NCBI GenBank assembly: GCA_029548865.1
Contig: JAKPMO010000024.1
Coordinates: 1-64,000 of the forward strand
Length of the DNA stretch: 64,000 nt
Direction: 5' to 3'
Source of the DNA: Caldisericota bacterium
GTDB lineage: Bacteria; Caldisericota; Caldisericia; JAAYUI01
Below the pieces are notes generated by a model. The model saw nothing but the letters and a program-made list of their open reading frames with translations, ran no database searches and was not told the DNA's origin. Below, one piece after another: positions 51,440 to 61,393 of this stretch. The position numbers were made by a program, and so were the translations under genes. The stretch's first letter is position 1; each line of letters starts with the position of its first letter.

Positions 51440-52749
51440 CAGAATTTCCCCTTGATGATTTCTTCGAGGGTCGGCTTTCCAAACACGCCAAGCTCATATC
51501 CTACTCTGACAATTGGTTTATTGGTTTTGAGGACCCTGGTTATATCGATTGGCGTTGCAGAGACAACAACATCGCATGGCACTGCATCGATAGTCTCTTT
51601 GAGGTCCTTGATCTGTTCTGGTGAATAACCCATTGCTGGAAGTACATTTTCAACGTGGCAGTACTTTTCGAATGTTGCAGCGATAGAACCAACTGCAAAT
51701 GGCTTCGGTGCGATTATTTCTCCGGCTCCTGCTTTTCTTGCGGCGACGAATCCTGCGCCGAAAGTCATTTCGCCATGAGTGAGTGTTGGGCCATCTTCGA
51801 CAACCAAGACCCTCTTGCCCTTAATCAATTCTGGTTTTTCAACAAAAACTGGTGAGGTTGCTTCAACAATCATGGCCTTTGGATTGCGCTGGAAGATGTT
51901 GCTTCTGACGATTTCAACGTCCTCTGGGTATGCCGAGTCGATCTTGTTGATTACGACAGTATCGGCAATCAGAAGGTTTGCCTCTCCGGGATGATAGGAT
52001 ATTTCATGGCCTGGCCTGAGTGGATCAACTACCACGATGGCAAGATTCGGCATGATGAATGGCAGATCATTGTTTCCACCGTCCCAGATAACGATATCAG
52101 CTTCTTTTTCTGCTTCCTTGAGAATGGCGCCATAATCAACGCCAGAGTAGATTACTGCTCCAAGATCGATGTGTGGCTCGTATTCTTCTCTCTCTTCAAT
52201 GGTACATTTGTGGGTATCAAGATCAGCATAAGTTGCAAATCTCTGGACAGCCTGCTTTGCAAGGTCGCCGTAAGGCATTGGATGTCTTATTGAAACAACC
52301 TTTTTGCCCATACCACGGAGGACTTCAATAACAGCTCTGGTGGTCTGACTCTTGCCACAACCAGTCCTGACGGCAGTAACCGAGATGACCGGCTTTGAAG
52401 ACTTGAGGGCGGTCTTTTGCCATCCAGCGAGCACAAAATCTGCTCCATTGGCAATGACCATCGAGCCCTTGTTCATGACAACTTCGTGTGGCTGGTCTGA
52501 GTAGGCGAACATGACTTCATCGGCCTTGAGGTCTTTTATGAGGCGTGGAAGCTCCGATTCGTCATAAATCGGTATTCCATTTGGATAAAGCTTACCTGTA
52601 AGTTCAACCGGATATTTTCTTCCAGCTATGTCCGGGATTTGTGTGGCCGTAAAAGCAACAACTTCATAATCCGGATTGTCTCTAAAGAGCATATTGAAGT
52701 TGTGGAAATCTCTTCCAGCGGCACCCATGATGATTACTTTTCTAGCCAT
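51439..52749 (-). CDS. cDPG-synthetase-like P-loop ligase; probable arginine synthetase (ArcE-like)
   Basis: MGAAGRDFHNFN, AVRTGCGKSQT, RHPMPYG, EEREEYE, WDGGNND, EDGPT; 1-nt overlap with OTC. Confidence 0.8.
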   Translation of the reverse strand: MARKVIIMGAAGRDFHNFNMLFRDNPDYEVVAFTATQIPDIAGRKYPVELTGKLYPNGIPIYDESELPRLIKDLKADEVMFAYSDQPHEVVMNKGSMVIANGADFVLAGWQKTALKSSKPVISVTAVRTGCGKSQTTRAVIEVLRGMGKKVVSIRHPMPYGDLAKQAVQRFATYADLDTHKCTIEEREEYEPHIDLGAVIYSGVDYGAILKEAEKEADIVIWDGGNNDLPFIMPNLAIVVVDPLRPGHEISYHPGEANLLIADTVVINKIDSAYPEDVEIVRSNIFQRNPKAMIVEATSPVFVEKPELIKGKRVLVVEDGPTLTHGEMTFGAGFVAARKAGAGEIIAPKPFAVGSIAATFEKYCHVENVLPAMGYSPEQIKDLKETIDAVPCDVVVSATPIDITRVLKTNKPIVRVGYELGVFGKPTLEEIIKGKF

Positions 52750-52754
52750 TGTTA

Positions 52755-53069
52755 TTATGCCTCCACTATTTCTTTAATTTTAAGCTGCGTGTATTCCTGG
52801 CGATGGCCTTTCCTCCTGCGATGATTGGTCTTGTGCCTGTAGAAAAACACGACGAGCTTTCTTCCTTTACCATGGCTCATCACTTGGGCAACAACCTTGG
52901 CATTATTGATGAACGGCTTGCCAACATTTATGTTGCCATTGTTTTCGATGAGCGTTACCTGATCGAGGGCGTAATCCTCGCCAACTTTGGCATCCAGATG
53001 CTCGACCTTTATTGTGTCGCCTGCAGCGACTTTATACTGTTTTCCACCTGTTTTAATAATTGCGTACAT
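52755..53069 (-). CDS. rplU: 50S ribosomal protein L21
   Basis: MYAIIKTGGKQYKV...GHRQ; GGAGG RBS. Confidence 0.98.
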   Translation of the reverse strand: MYAIIKTGGKQYKVAAGDTIKVEHLDAKVGEDYALDQVTLIENNGNINVGKPFINNAKVVAQVMSHGKGRKLVVFFYRHKTNHRRRKGHRQEYTQLKIKEIVEA

Positions 53070-53147
53070 GGGTCCTCCATTTCAATAGTTCCAACTTAAT
53101 AAGGCTATCTGATAGGTAATTCTTGTCAAGAAAAAAGGTTTGATAAT

Positions 53148-55619
53148 TTACCAGTCGTCGGGATATTTTGGGCGTTGTCCAAAACAACTCAATCTGTGAT
53201 CTGTTGTTGCGACCAAAACACATACAAAACCATTGTCATACACAGATGGCGATGCAACCACTGACCCTGTAAGTTTTTCAGACCAGAGTGGTTTGCCTGT
53301 TTTGGCGTCAACCATAAAAAACATCCCCGAATCAGAACCTGCAAAGATCACTGGTAACTGGGCGCAATTTATAAGTATGGGGCTCGACCTCATTGATTCA
53401 TCAATTTTCAAGCTCCACTGAAGACTGTTTTTGAAAGAATATATCCAGCCTGATCTTCCTTCGTAAATGACTCTGCAACCAGTCTGGTCAAGAATGGCCG
53501 ATGAAGTAAGCTGGTGTTCGGTGCTTTGTTTAAAAAAGACGTATGGTTTCTGCCCCCAGGCAAAAAAGTGCAAACCATAAAAATTGCCATCCTTGGCTCC
53601 AGTCATAACTGTTGCTCCATCACAAACCGGGGTGGCCTCAATTGATGATTCAGTTTTGAATTCTGACAGTATTTGCCCTGTCGAGCATTGCACACACAAA
53701 ATCCTGTTGTTGGAAACGCCAACATACAGCACTTTTTGCACTGGTTCCTGGTCGCTGTATCTTACAAACTGGTTGTAATCTACGGTTGGTGCACCATAAG
53801 ACCACCCACCAAGATCAATTGTCCATTTTATCATTGGTGCGAGAGACAGGGCATTGAACATATAAAGTTTTCTGTCTCCAGAACCTATCACAACACAACC
53901 ATAATGGTCGGTGTCTGACTGGAAAACTGTTGGTGAACCATCAATCGGACCCGCTGTTTGGTATTCCCATATCACTTGGCCTGTATTTGTATCCATACAG
54001 TAAAATTTGCCATTCTGATCACCAAAAAATAGTCTTTCTCTGTAGATTGCCGGCGAAGATCTTATTTTACCGGATGTTTTGAATTTCCATACAAGAGAGC
54101 CATCACTCACGGCTATCTTGTACATGCTGCCATCATCACAACCAATATAGGCATAACCATTTTTTGAGAAACATGGCGTTGAGTATACCGCTTCTTTCAG
54201 ATCAACCTGCCACTGCAAGATAAATGGGAATTTGTCAATGGGTTTAATGTCCATGGCTGACGTCCCATTGTGTTTTTGATCTCCCCGGAACATCGTCCAG
54301 ACTTTCTTCTCCTGATACCCATAAAAAACCTGCTCTGGCGATTCCCGTGGAAAACTGAGGCAAGTTCCCCATATCGATACTTCCTCATCATCCTGGGACA
54401 GTTGATCTTCCCATACAATAAAATCACCGTAGATCCTTGGATTTCTTTGATCACCTATACCTTTTGCAACACAATATGTCTGGCCAGTGGACAGATTGAA
54501 GGCCATTATGTCAGAACCGAACCTGTCAGATCCAGTAATCACCTCATAAATAACATACTGCCCGTCTGCACAGACATTCCTGTAATTGCCTGGCTCCGTT
54601 GTTACCGTTATCATCTTACTTGTCAACACATCATAACCCTTAATAATCGGTCTGATTACACCAGCAAAGTTGGGCTCGGTGTCCTCATACCAGAAAACAT
54701 ACCTGTCGGCACCAATCACAAGGCCATACTCCCTGTTCAGATTTGTAGAGATTGTAAGGGTCTTTTTCGTCGCTATGTTGTAACCGTAAATATCGGTCTG
54801 CCTCGAATCTGGGGTTTCCTGCGAATTCCTATTGTCTAACCATACAACAACGTCTCTTACCATTTTGGGAGTGATTTGGTCGCCAAAATCATTACAGACT
54901 GGGATTATTTTTTTATTCGAACAGTTAAAAAGCTGAATATCCCAGTCGCCTCTTGGATTTTTTACGGTCATCGCAACAAAATTGCCAAAGAGTTCACCTG
55001 TCCCAGGGGTATCAAATTGTTTTACGAGGAACTCCTCGCCACCTTCAGAAGGTAGACCATAAATGGCAAAAGACATTGAATTTTCGTTGCCTTTAGGAAC
55101 ATCCCTCCAGTCTCTCCAGATTACAAAATTTTCAGAAATCTGGGGATTGTCCTGCTTATTTTTTTCCTTGCACACATAGTCAGTAGTGCCCTTTTTGAAA
55201 TCAAAAATCTTTATGTCGTAGTTGTCAACCCTCAGTCTGTCAGTATTCTCCGCCCAGACAAGCCTGTTTCTGTACTGTGCCCTAGCCCCAGATTTTTTTG
55301 CGTAATTTGGTGTTGCTTTTTCTTCACCACGGACCAGATCCATCATGTAGATACGAGGCATTATCTTGCCCTCGCGATCATGCAGTCTGGTATCGAGCCA
55401 GCTCATATAACCACCATGAATCAGCGGAGCATTCTGCGTATGCTCGTAGTTTGTCAGCTTTCTGGGTTGGAAATTTGAATATATCATCCTCTTCGTGATA
55501 CCAGCATTAGAGTTCGGTATTGTCCAGAAATCATGAGGAGAAATTAAAATTGCCATCAAAAAGAAAATAAGCCAGCACAAGGCCGGCCTGTTACTTAAAT
55601 GGCGATTGCAGGATGGCAT
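53148..55619 (-). CDS. Secreted double beta-propeller protein (TolB-like repeats plus PQQ/BamB-like repeats)
   Basis: Repeated Q..P.I.G..VW.D.R in the N-half; WTMFRGD and repeated W.F.T.G.I.SSP in the C-half. Confidence 0.85.
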   Translation of the reverse strand: MPSCNRHLSNRPALCWLIFFLMAILISPHDFWTIPNSNAGITKRMIYSNFQPRKLTNYEHTQNAPLIHGGYMSWLDTRLHDREGKIMPRIYMMDLVRGEEKATPNYAKKSGARAQYRNRLVWAENTDRLRVDNYDIKIFDFKKGTTDYVCKEKNKQDNPQISENFVIWRDWRDVPKGNENSMSFAIYGLPSEGGEEFLVKQFDTPGTGELFGNFVAMTVKNPRGDWDIQLFNCSNKKIIPVCNDFGDQITPKMVRDVVVWLDNRNSQETPDSRQTDIYGYNIATKKTLTISTNLNREYGLVIGADRYVFWYEDTEPNFAGVIRPIIKGYDVLTSKMITVTTEPGNYRNVCADGQYVIYEVITGSDRFGSDIMAFNLSTGQTYCVAKGIGDQRNPRIYGDFIVWEDQLSQDDEEVSIWGTCLSFPRESPEQVFYGYQEKKVWTMFRGDQKHNGTSAMDIKPIDKFPFILQWQVDLKEAVYSTPCFSKNGYAYIGCDDGSMYKIAVSDGSLVWKFKTSGKIRSSPAIYRERLFFGDQNGKFYCMDTNTGQVIWEYQTAGPIDGSPTVFQSDTDHYGCVVIGSGDRKLYMFNALSLAPMIKWTIDLGGWSYGAPTVDYNQFVRYSDQEPVQKVLYVGVSNNRILCVQCSTGQILSEFKTESSIEATPVCDGATVMTGAKDGNFYGLHFFAWGQKPYVFFKQSTEHQLTSSAILDQTGCRVIYEGRSGWIYSFKNSLQWSLKIDESMRSSPILINCAQLPVIFAGSDSGMFFMVDAKTGKPLWSEKLTGSVVASPSVYDNGFVCVLVATTDHRLSCFGQRPKYPDDW

Positions 55620-55673
55620 TTAATTACTAATTTTAGATACTGGAGTTCAATAATGCAATAGCTCCAATGTTTC

Positions 55674-57167
55674 TTAGACCCTCGCTCTTTTCCAGCTGCC
55701 TTTTCGAACCAGGAAGGTGTTAGTGATTGTGGACATAATTGCGGAAAATATGCCAATATAGAATATCCACACATAACCCTGATCGAAAACTTTTACTGCC
55801 AGATAGACAAGGAGAATATTAAACAGCCAGTTGTTCACTTGGCCAAATATTGACGGCCACATTGTGTATCCTGACCCTTCAAATACAGCCCAGAGCATCC
55901 ATTGTGCGGCATTTATCATATTCCCAATCATAGAAAGCGCAAAAACACTTTTTCCAACCGCAATTACTGCTGGGTCTTTATTAAATACCCAAAAAATCTG
56001 TGGGGCAAAAAAATACCCGACAACAACCATTACAAAACCAAGGCAAACTCCTATTAGTACAGAATACCAGCCAGTCTTTTCCGACCTTTCCGGCTTTTTT
56101 GCGCCCAGGTTCTGACCAACCAAGGCCGAGGTCGCCTGCTGGAGACCAAGCAATGGAAGATTTACCAGCCCCGCAACTTTTCCACCTATTCCAAAAGCGG
56201 TAACTACACTCTGGCCGAAATTTGAAATAAGATTCATGAAAATTATCTGCGAGCTTGAACCAACAAATTGCGTAACAGTAGGCGTAAAACCAATCCTTAG
56301 ATAATTTATCAATATCTGGAAGTCCGGTTTAAACAATCTCCCAAAAACAATTTTTATTCCACCTTTTTCAAAATGGAACTTCCAATATGGTATTCTGATG
56401 AAATATTTGTAGTAATCACCTTTCTTGTATGGCAACGCGAGGAATGTAAATCTTGATATTTTGAATTTTAAGCCATTGCAAAGCATATATATTCCGATTG
56501 TCACAGCATAGACATACGCAAGAACTGTCGCCAATGCGGCACCAACAATTCCCATTTTGGGTATCGGACCAAAACCATGAATAAAAAGGGGATCAATTAC
56601 AATGTTGACAAGCGAAGACGTGGCAATAACAAACATGCTTGATTCAGCATCAGAACAACACCTAAAAATTGTATTTATCGTGTAGTAAACGAAGATTAGT
56701 GGCAACGCAGCTACAATAAACCATCCGTATAACAAGGCCAAGTCAAAAGTGCTACAAGCACAACCGACAACAAGATCAGTTTGTGCACCAGCAAATCTCA
56801 CAAGATAGGGAAGAGTAAACAAACTTATGATCGTACCAGCCAGACCAGCTAAAAATTTATAAAGGATTGTTTGTTCAGAAGCCCATGCAGCCTTTTCATA
56901 ATCCTTGGCTCCCCAAAACCTCGAAATGACCGTTATAGATCCAGGCCCAAAAATCGAATTCAACATTTGCATAAATGAATTGGCGACATTAAAAAAGAGT
57001 ATCCCTGCCTGGGCCTGTGTGGCCAGCACTCCACCAAGCGTGCCTATCCAGAACATGTCTACTACATCATAAAGGTTTTCGAAGAGTCTCCCGAGAGCAC
57101 CTGGCCATGATAGTTTTACTAAGTTTTTGAAAATGCTGCCCTCAGTGAGGTCGTGGCTTGGGTCCAT
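55674..57167 (-). CDS. MATE family efflux transporter
   Basis: DLTEGSI, VDMFWIG, NIVIDPLFI.G, MGIVGAALAT, VGQNLGA; about 12 TM. Confidence 0.93.
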   Translation of the reverse strand: MDPSHDLTEGSIFKNLVKLSWPGALGRLFENLYDVVDMFWIGTLGGVLATQAQAGILFFNVANSFMQMLNSIFGPGSITVISRFWGAKDYEKAAWASEQTILYKFLAGLAGTIISLFTLPYLVRFAGAQTDLVVGCACSTFDLALLYGWFIVAALPLIFVYYTINTIFRCCSDAESSMFVIATSSLVNIVIDPLFIHGFGPIPKMGIVGAALATVLAYVYAVTIGIYMLCNGLKFKISRFTFLALPYKKGDYYKYFIRIPYWKFHFEKGGIKIVFGRLFKPDFQILINYLRIGFTPTVTQFVGSSSQIIFMNLISNFGQSVVTAFGIGGKVAGLVNLPLLGLQQATSALVGQNLGAKKPERSEKTGWYSVLIGVCLGFVMVVVGYFFAPQIFWVFNKDPAVIAVGKSVFALSMIGNMINAAQWMLWAVFEGSGYTMWPSIFGQVNNWLFNILLVYLAVKVFDQGYVWIFYIGIFSAIMSTITNTFLVRKGSWKRARV

Positions 57168-57299
57168 AATAGAGAGAGATTTTATGCAGTTTGGACAATG
57201 CTAACAAGGAACCCTAAAAAGATAATGTTAAAAGAGTGTTTTCAGTTTGTGATTTTTTCATGTCTGGATTAGAGAAGAATGTTTCTATATAATGAAATT

Positions 57300-57653
57300 G
57301 TGCATGAACTTGGTATAGCAAGAAACGTCCTCGAGATAATAATAGGCGAAGCCGACCAGAGAGGCAGAAGAGCAAAATCTGTCTTTTTGAAAATTGGCCA
57401 GATATCCGGCATTGTGCCAGAATCACTCGAATTCCTGATGAAATGCCTTTCTGAAGGAACTCCAGTAGAGGGCCTCGAGGTAAAAATCGATATCGTCAAA
57501 CCAGTGATGGTTTGCAAGTCATGCGGCGAGAAATTCACCGTAGAGGAGCTTTCATTCTATTGCCCCAAGTGCGGGGGTGGCGATTGTGAAACCATTGAGG
57601 GCAAGGATCTTGTAATAGAAACAATTACACTGGAGGGCGACAATGGACCTTGA
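57300..57653 (+). CDS. hypA: Hydrogenase maturation nickel chaperone HypA
   Basis: GTG start gives MHELGI; CKSC...CPKC zinc site. Confidence 0.95.
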   Translation: MHELGIARNVLEIIIGEADQRGRRAKSVFLKIGQISGIVPESLEFLMKCLSEGTPVEGLEVKIDIVKPVMVCKSCGEKFTVEELSFYCPKCGGGDCETIEGKDLVIETITLEGDNGP

Positions 57654-58329
57654 ACTATCAAGAAAAGTTGACTTCAGGCACGAAGAAATAGCTTCAAGGA
57701 TAAAAGAAAAGCTCTATAAAAATGGCACCCTCTGCCTCAATTTTATAAGTTCTCCGGGTTCAGGAAAAACCTCGCTACTTGAAAGAACACTGGATGCGCT
57801 CAAGGAAACATACAATCTGGCAGTCATAGAGGGTGATCCTGAGACAGACAGGGACGCAAGGAGGCTGGAAAAACTCCATGTGCCAGTGATACTCATCAAC
57901 ACATCCGGAACCGGGGCGTCTTGTCATCTTTCTCCGGCTGAAATTGAGCAAGCAATAGACGATCTCCTCCTTGAAACACCACCACCAGACATAATCTTCA
58001 TCGAGAACGTCGGTAACCTTGTCTGTCCCGCCGCTTACGATCTGGGGGAACATCACAAAGTTTTGTTGTTTTCAGTACCTGAGGGTTGTGATAAACCAGC
58101 AAAATACCCGGTGGCTTTCAGGGAGTCAGACCTCGTGCTGATAAATAAGATGGACCTTGCCCCATACTGTGACTTTGACCTTGAATCCTTGAAGAAAGAT
58201 GCCCTGTCTGTTAACCCTTCACTCGAATTTATTACAATGTCGATAAAAAAAGGTGATGGCCTTTCAGAGTGGTTTTCATGGATTGAGAAAAAACTTGGTG
58301 AAGTAAGAAAACGCACCAATAGTAAATAA
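57643..58329 (+). CDS. hypB: Hydrogenase nickel incorporation GTPase HypB
   Basis: SSPGSGKT, CHL, ENVGNLVCPA, NKMD. Confidence 0.96.
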   Translation: MDLELSRKVDFRHEEIASRIKEKLYKNGTLCLNFISSPGSGKTSLLERTLDALKETYNLAVIEGDPETDRDARRLEKLHVPVILINTSGTGASCHLSPAEIEQAIDDLLLETPPPDIIFIENVGNLVCPAAYDLGEHHKVLLFSVPEGCDKPAKYPVAFRESDLVLINKMDLAPYCDFDLESLKKDALSVNPSLEFITMSIKKGDGLSEWFSWIEKKLGEVRKRTNSK

Positions 58330-58356
58330 AAAAAGGCCCCTTTGAGGGGCCTTTTT
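58328..58356. terminator. Bidirectional terminator between hypB and hutU
   Basis: AAAAAGGCCCCT-TTG-AGGGGCCTTTTT. Confidence 0.88.
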
Positions 58357-58376
58357 GATAGTCTGTATCTTTTTTA

Positions 58377-60074
58377 TCAGATTTCCCACATGGGGATCCT
58401 GACACCTTTTTTCTTTGCCACCTCGATTGCTTCCTCGTATCCGGCATCAACATGCCTAATGACACCCATCCCAGGATCAGCAATCAAAACTCTGTTCAAT
58501 CTCTTTGCCGCGGCATCAGTTCCATCAGCAACAGTCACCTGCCCAGCATGGACAGAGAAGCCTATACCAACCCCTCCGCCACCATGAACGGAGACCCATG
58601 AGGCACCGCAGGATGTGCTTGTCAAAGCATTAAGGATCGCCCAGTCGGCGACTGCATCGCTGCCATCTTTCATTCCCTCAGTTTCCCTGTTAGGAGAGGC
58701 TACTGAGCCACAGTCCAGATGGTCCCTTCCAAAAACTATCGGGGCCGAGATGATACCTTTTTTTACCATCTCGTTGACTGCAACACCAAACCTGTTTCTC
58801 TCGCCATATCCAAGCCAGCATATTCTTGAAGGGAGGCCTGGAATGTTTTTAAAATTGAGCTTTTCCCTGACCATCTTTATCCATCTGACAAGTGATTTGT
58901 CATCTTTGTACATGTTGAGAACGAGTTCATCCGTCCTGTAGATGTCTTCAGGGTCACCTGAAAGCGCGGCCCATCTGAACGGGCCCTTGCCTTCACAAAA
59001 TAACGGCCTGATGTAAGCTGGGACAAAACCCTTAAAAGAAAAAGCCTTCTCATAGGCAAGACCGGATTTTACAGCCTGCTGTCTTATGTTGTTTCCATAA
59101 TCGAAAGTTATTGATCCCATTCTCATGAGATCGGTCATTGCTTCAACATGCTTTCTGGCAGTCTGATAGGAAAACTCAAGATACTTCTTCGGATCAGAGG
59201 CCCTTAGTTTTAATGCTTCGCTGTAAGGCATGCCATTCGGAACATATCCTCCAAGCATGTCATGCGCAGAAGTTTGGTCTGTAAGCACTTCTGGGACGAA
59301 ATTTCTCTTGACAAACTCTGGCAGGACATCGGCACAGTTTGCAACAAGGCCAATGGAAACAGCCCTTCCTTCTTCCTTTGCCTTTTTGGCCATTGCAACA
59401 GCTTCATCAAGACTGTTGGTTTTACAGTCAAGATAACCTTCATTGATGCGCTGGTCTATCATTCCCTCGTCAACGTCAACAATGAGGCAGACACCCTCGT
59501 TCATGGTCACAGCAAGTGGCTGGGCACCACCCATCTGCCCGCATCCACCAGTCACCGTTATTGTACCCTTGAGTGTCCCACCAAAGTGTTTCTCGGCAAC
59601 AGCGGCAAGGGTATTGTATGTGCCCTGCAATATTCCCTGGGTACCTATGTAAATCCATGAGCCTGCAGTCATCTGGCCATACATCATCAGACCTTTTCTT
59701 TCAAGCTCGTCAAATTTTTCCTGTGTGCTCCAAAATGGAACAATCATCGAATTGGAGATGAGGACTCTTGGTGCATCCTCGTGTGTTTTGAATATGCCAA
59801 CCGGCTTTCCGGACTGGACAAGCAATGTTTCATCATTCTCAAGGCGCATGAGGGCCTTTACGATTGCGTCGTAGGCCTGCCAGCCTCTTGCTGCCCTTCC
59901 GGTCCCGCCATAGACAATGAGCTCTCTCCATTTTGTGGTCTGCTCCAGGTTGTTCTGGAGCATTCTCAATGCGGCTTCCTGGACCCAGCCCTTACATACA
60001 AGCTCTTTTCCCCTTCTTGCCTTTATCTGTTCGGCGGGCGCATCTTTTTCATAGGAAATATTGTATTGCGGCAT
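58377..60074 (-). CDS. hutU: Urocanate hydratase
   Basis: [49 protein letters not shown]. Confidence 0.97.
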   Translation of the reverse strand: MPQYNISYEKDAPAEQIKARRGKELVCKGWVQEAALRMLQNNLEQTTKWRELIVYGGTGRAARGWQAYDAIVKALMRLENDETLLVQSGKPVGIFKTHEDAPRVLISNSMIVPFWSTQEKFDELERKGLMMYGQMTAGSWIYIGTQGILQGTYNTLAAVAEKHFGGTLKGTITVTGGCGQMGGAQPLAVTMNEGVCLIVDVDEGMIDQRINEGYLDCKTNSLDEAVAMAKKAKEEGRAVSIGLVANCADVLPEFVKRNFVPEVLTDQTSAHDMLGGYVPNGMPYSEALKLRASDPKKYLEFSYQTARKHVEAMTDLMRMGSITFDYGNNIRQQAVKSGLAYEKAFSFKGFVPAYIRPLFCEGKGPFRWAALSGDPEDIYRTDELVLNMYKDDKSLVRWIKMVREKLNFKNIPGLPSRICWLGYGERNRFGVAVNEMVKKGIISAPIVFGRDHLDCGSVASPNRETEGMKDGSDAVADWAILNALTSTSCGASWVSVHGGGGVGIGFSVHAGQVTVADGTDAAAKRLNRVLIADPGMGVIRHVDAGYEEAIEVAKKKGVRIPMWEI

Positions 60075-60076
60075 TA

Positions 60077-61393
60077 TCAGATCACCTTTTTCTTGCATAC
60101 ATAAGCAAAATCGCTTTGAGTGAATTCAATTTTTGTGTTCCCAAGGACAATGATGTCACCGTTTTTCAGCAGCACCGGGCCACTGATTTTTTTGTCATTT
60201 ACAAAAGTCCCGGAATCCGATTTCAGGTCGACAATAACAAAACCATCTCCAGTTTCACTTATTCTGGCATGTTCAGGTGAGACAGTCTCATCATCAATCA
60301 TGAAGTCGGCATCTTTTTTCGTTCCAAGCACAACGGAGCTTGTTCTGATCCTATAATGCTCAGTGTCTGACCCATAGAGGTTTATCCACGCTATGTAATG
60401 GACTTCACCTTCCTTGCGCTTCTTGACGACCTTCTCCCCAGGTTTGACTTTGTGTCTTAGCGCCCACATCAAAACAAAAACCAATGCAAAAACAAGCAGA
60501 ATGCCAAGCAAGATCCAAACCCAGAGAAGATTGACAGAACCCTTTATTTCAATCTGTTTTTTCTGTTCCAGAACATCTGGGCCAACAATACACTTTAGCG
60601 TTAGCTCAACCATCGAGCCCGGTTTTGCTTCTGGCAAGCTCCTAAAAGTCACAAGGTACGAATTTCCGAGGTCACCCCTGATTTGCCCAATAAAAGGAAC
60701 AATTTTTACAGTGTCAAAATCTGGAAGAAAGAGACCATTTGTCTGCTGGGCAAGATTTCTCAGATAAACAATGTCAATCCCGCCAGCAGGCGCAACGGTC
60801 ACAACAGGAAAATCCGGTTTTGTTGGCTTGTTGATGCTTTCGATATCATTCCCGTCAGATATGAGGAATATTATTCCTTTCTCTGAGTCAGGCCTCGAAT
60901 GCAACAGGTCGTTGCATTCAATTATTGCATCATTGATCCTGCTTATCTGCCCTTGGGCCCTCAACTTGCCCATCTGCAAAGCCGCTTCGGCTGGATTGCT
61001 GGAGAATTTTATGAGTGGCTCAATTTTTTCTGCAAAGGCCACGAGTGAGAATGTATCATTCTTTGTGAACAGGCCAGCTATTTTTGACAGCTGAATTTGC
61101 ATGGCCGGGAAGTTGTAATCAAGAGAGCCCGAAATATCAACACAAAACATGACATTTATTCTTGGCCCTTCTGATTCAAACGCCCTGGTTTCTGAAGATG
61201 AGTACACCTGGTTGTCATACTGGAGGCTGAATGCTGGTTGTTGCTGGTCCAGATTGAAAACTGTGCATTTGACATCAACAGCGGGCCATGAGGATGTATC
61301 AACCGAGTCAATAACAAGGCTGGGTTTGGCAAAGGCGGAAGGAATAGTGGCAAGAAGGACCACAAATAGGCAAGCCGCCAAAAATTTTTTCAT
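60077..61393 (-). CDS. Membrane protein: extracellular vWA domain, TM helix, cytoplasmic FHA domain
   Basis: Signal peptide, [24 protein letters not shown]..., VSPEHA...DLKS..GTFVN. Confidence 0.88.
   Translation of the reverse strand: MKKFLAACLFVVLLATIPSAFAKPSLVIDSVDTSSWPAVDVKCTVFNLDQQQPAFSLQYDNQVYSSSETRAFESEGPRINVMFCVDISGSLDYNFPAMQIQLSKIAGLFTKNDTFSLVAFAEKIEPLIKFSSNPAEAALQMGKLRAQGQISRINDAIIECNDLLHSRPDSEKGIIFLISDGNDIESINKPTKPDFPVVTVAPAGGIDIVYLRNLAQQTNGLFLPDFDTVKIVPFIGQIRGDLGNSYLVTFRSLPEAKPGSMVELTLKCIVGPDVLEQKKQIEIKGSVNLLWVWILLGILLVFALVFVLMWALRHKVKPGEKVVKKRKEGEVHYIAWINLYGSDTEHYRIRTSSVVLGTKKDADFMIDDETVSPEHARISETGDGFVIVDLKSDSGTFVNDKKISGPVLLKNGDIIVLGNTKIEFTQSDFAYVCKKKVI

Noticed and set aside
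51439..52749. Annotation as a true cyclic 2,3-diphosphoglycerate synthetase
   Set aside because: No 2-phosphoglycerate kinase nearby, and coupling to OTC favours an arginine/citrulline role; not formally excluded.
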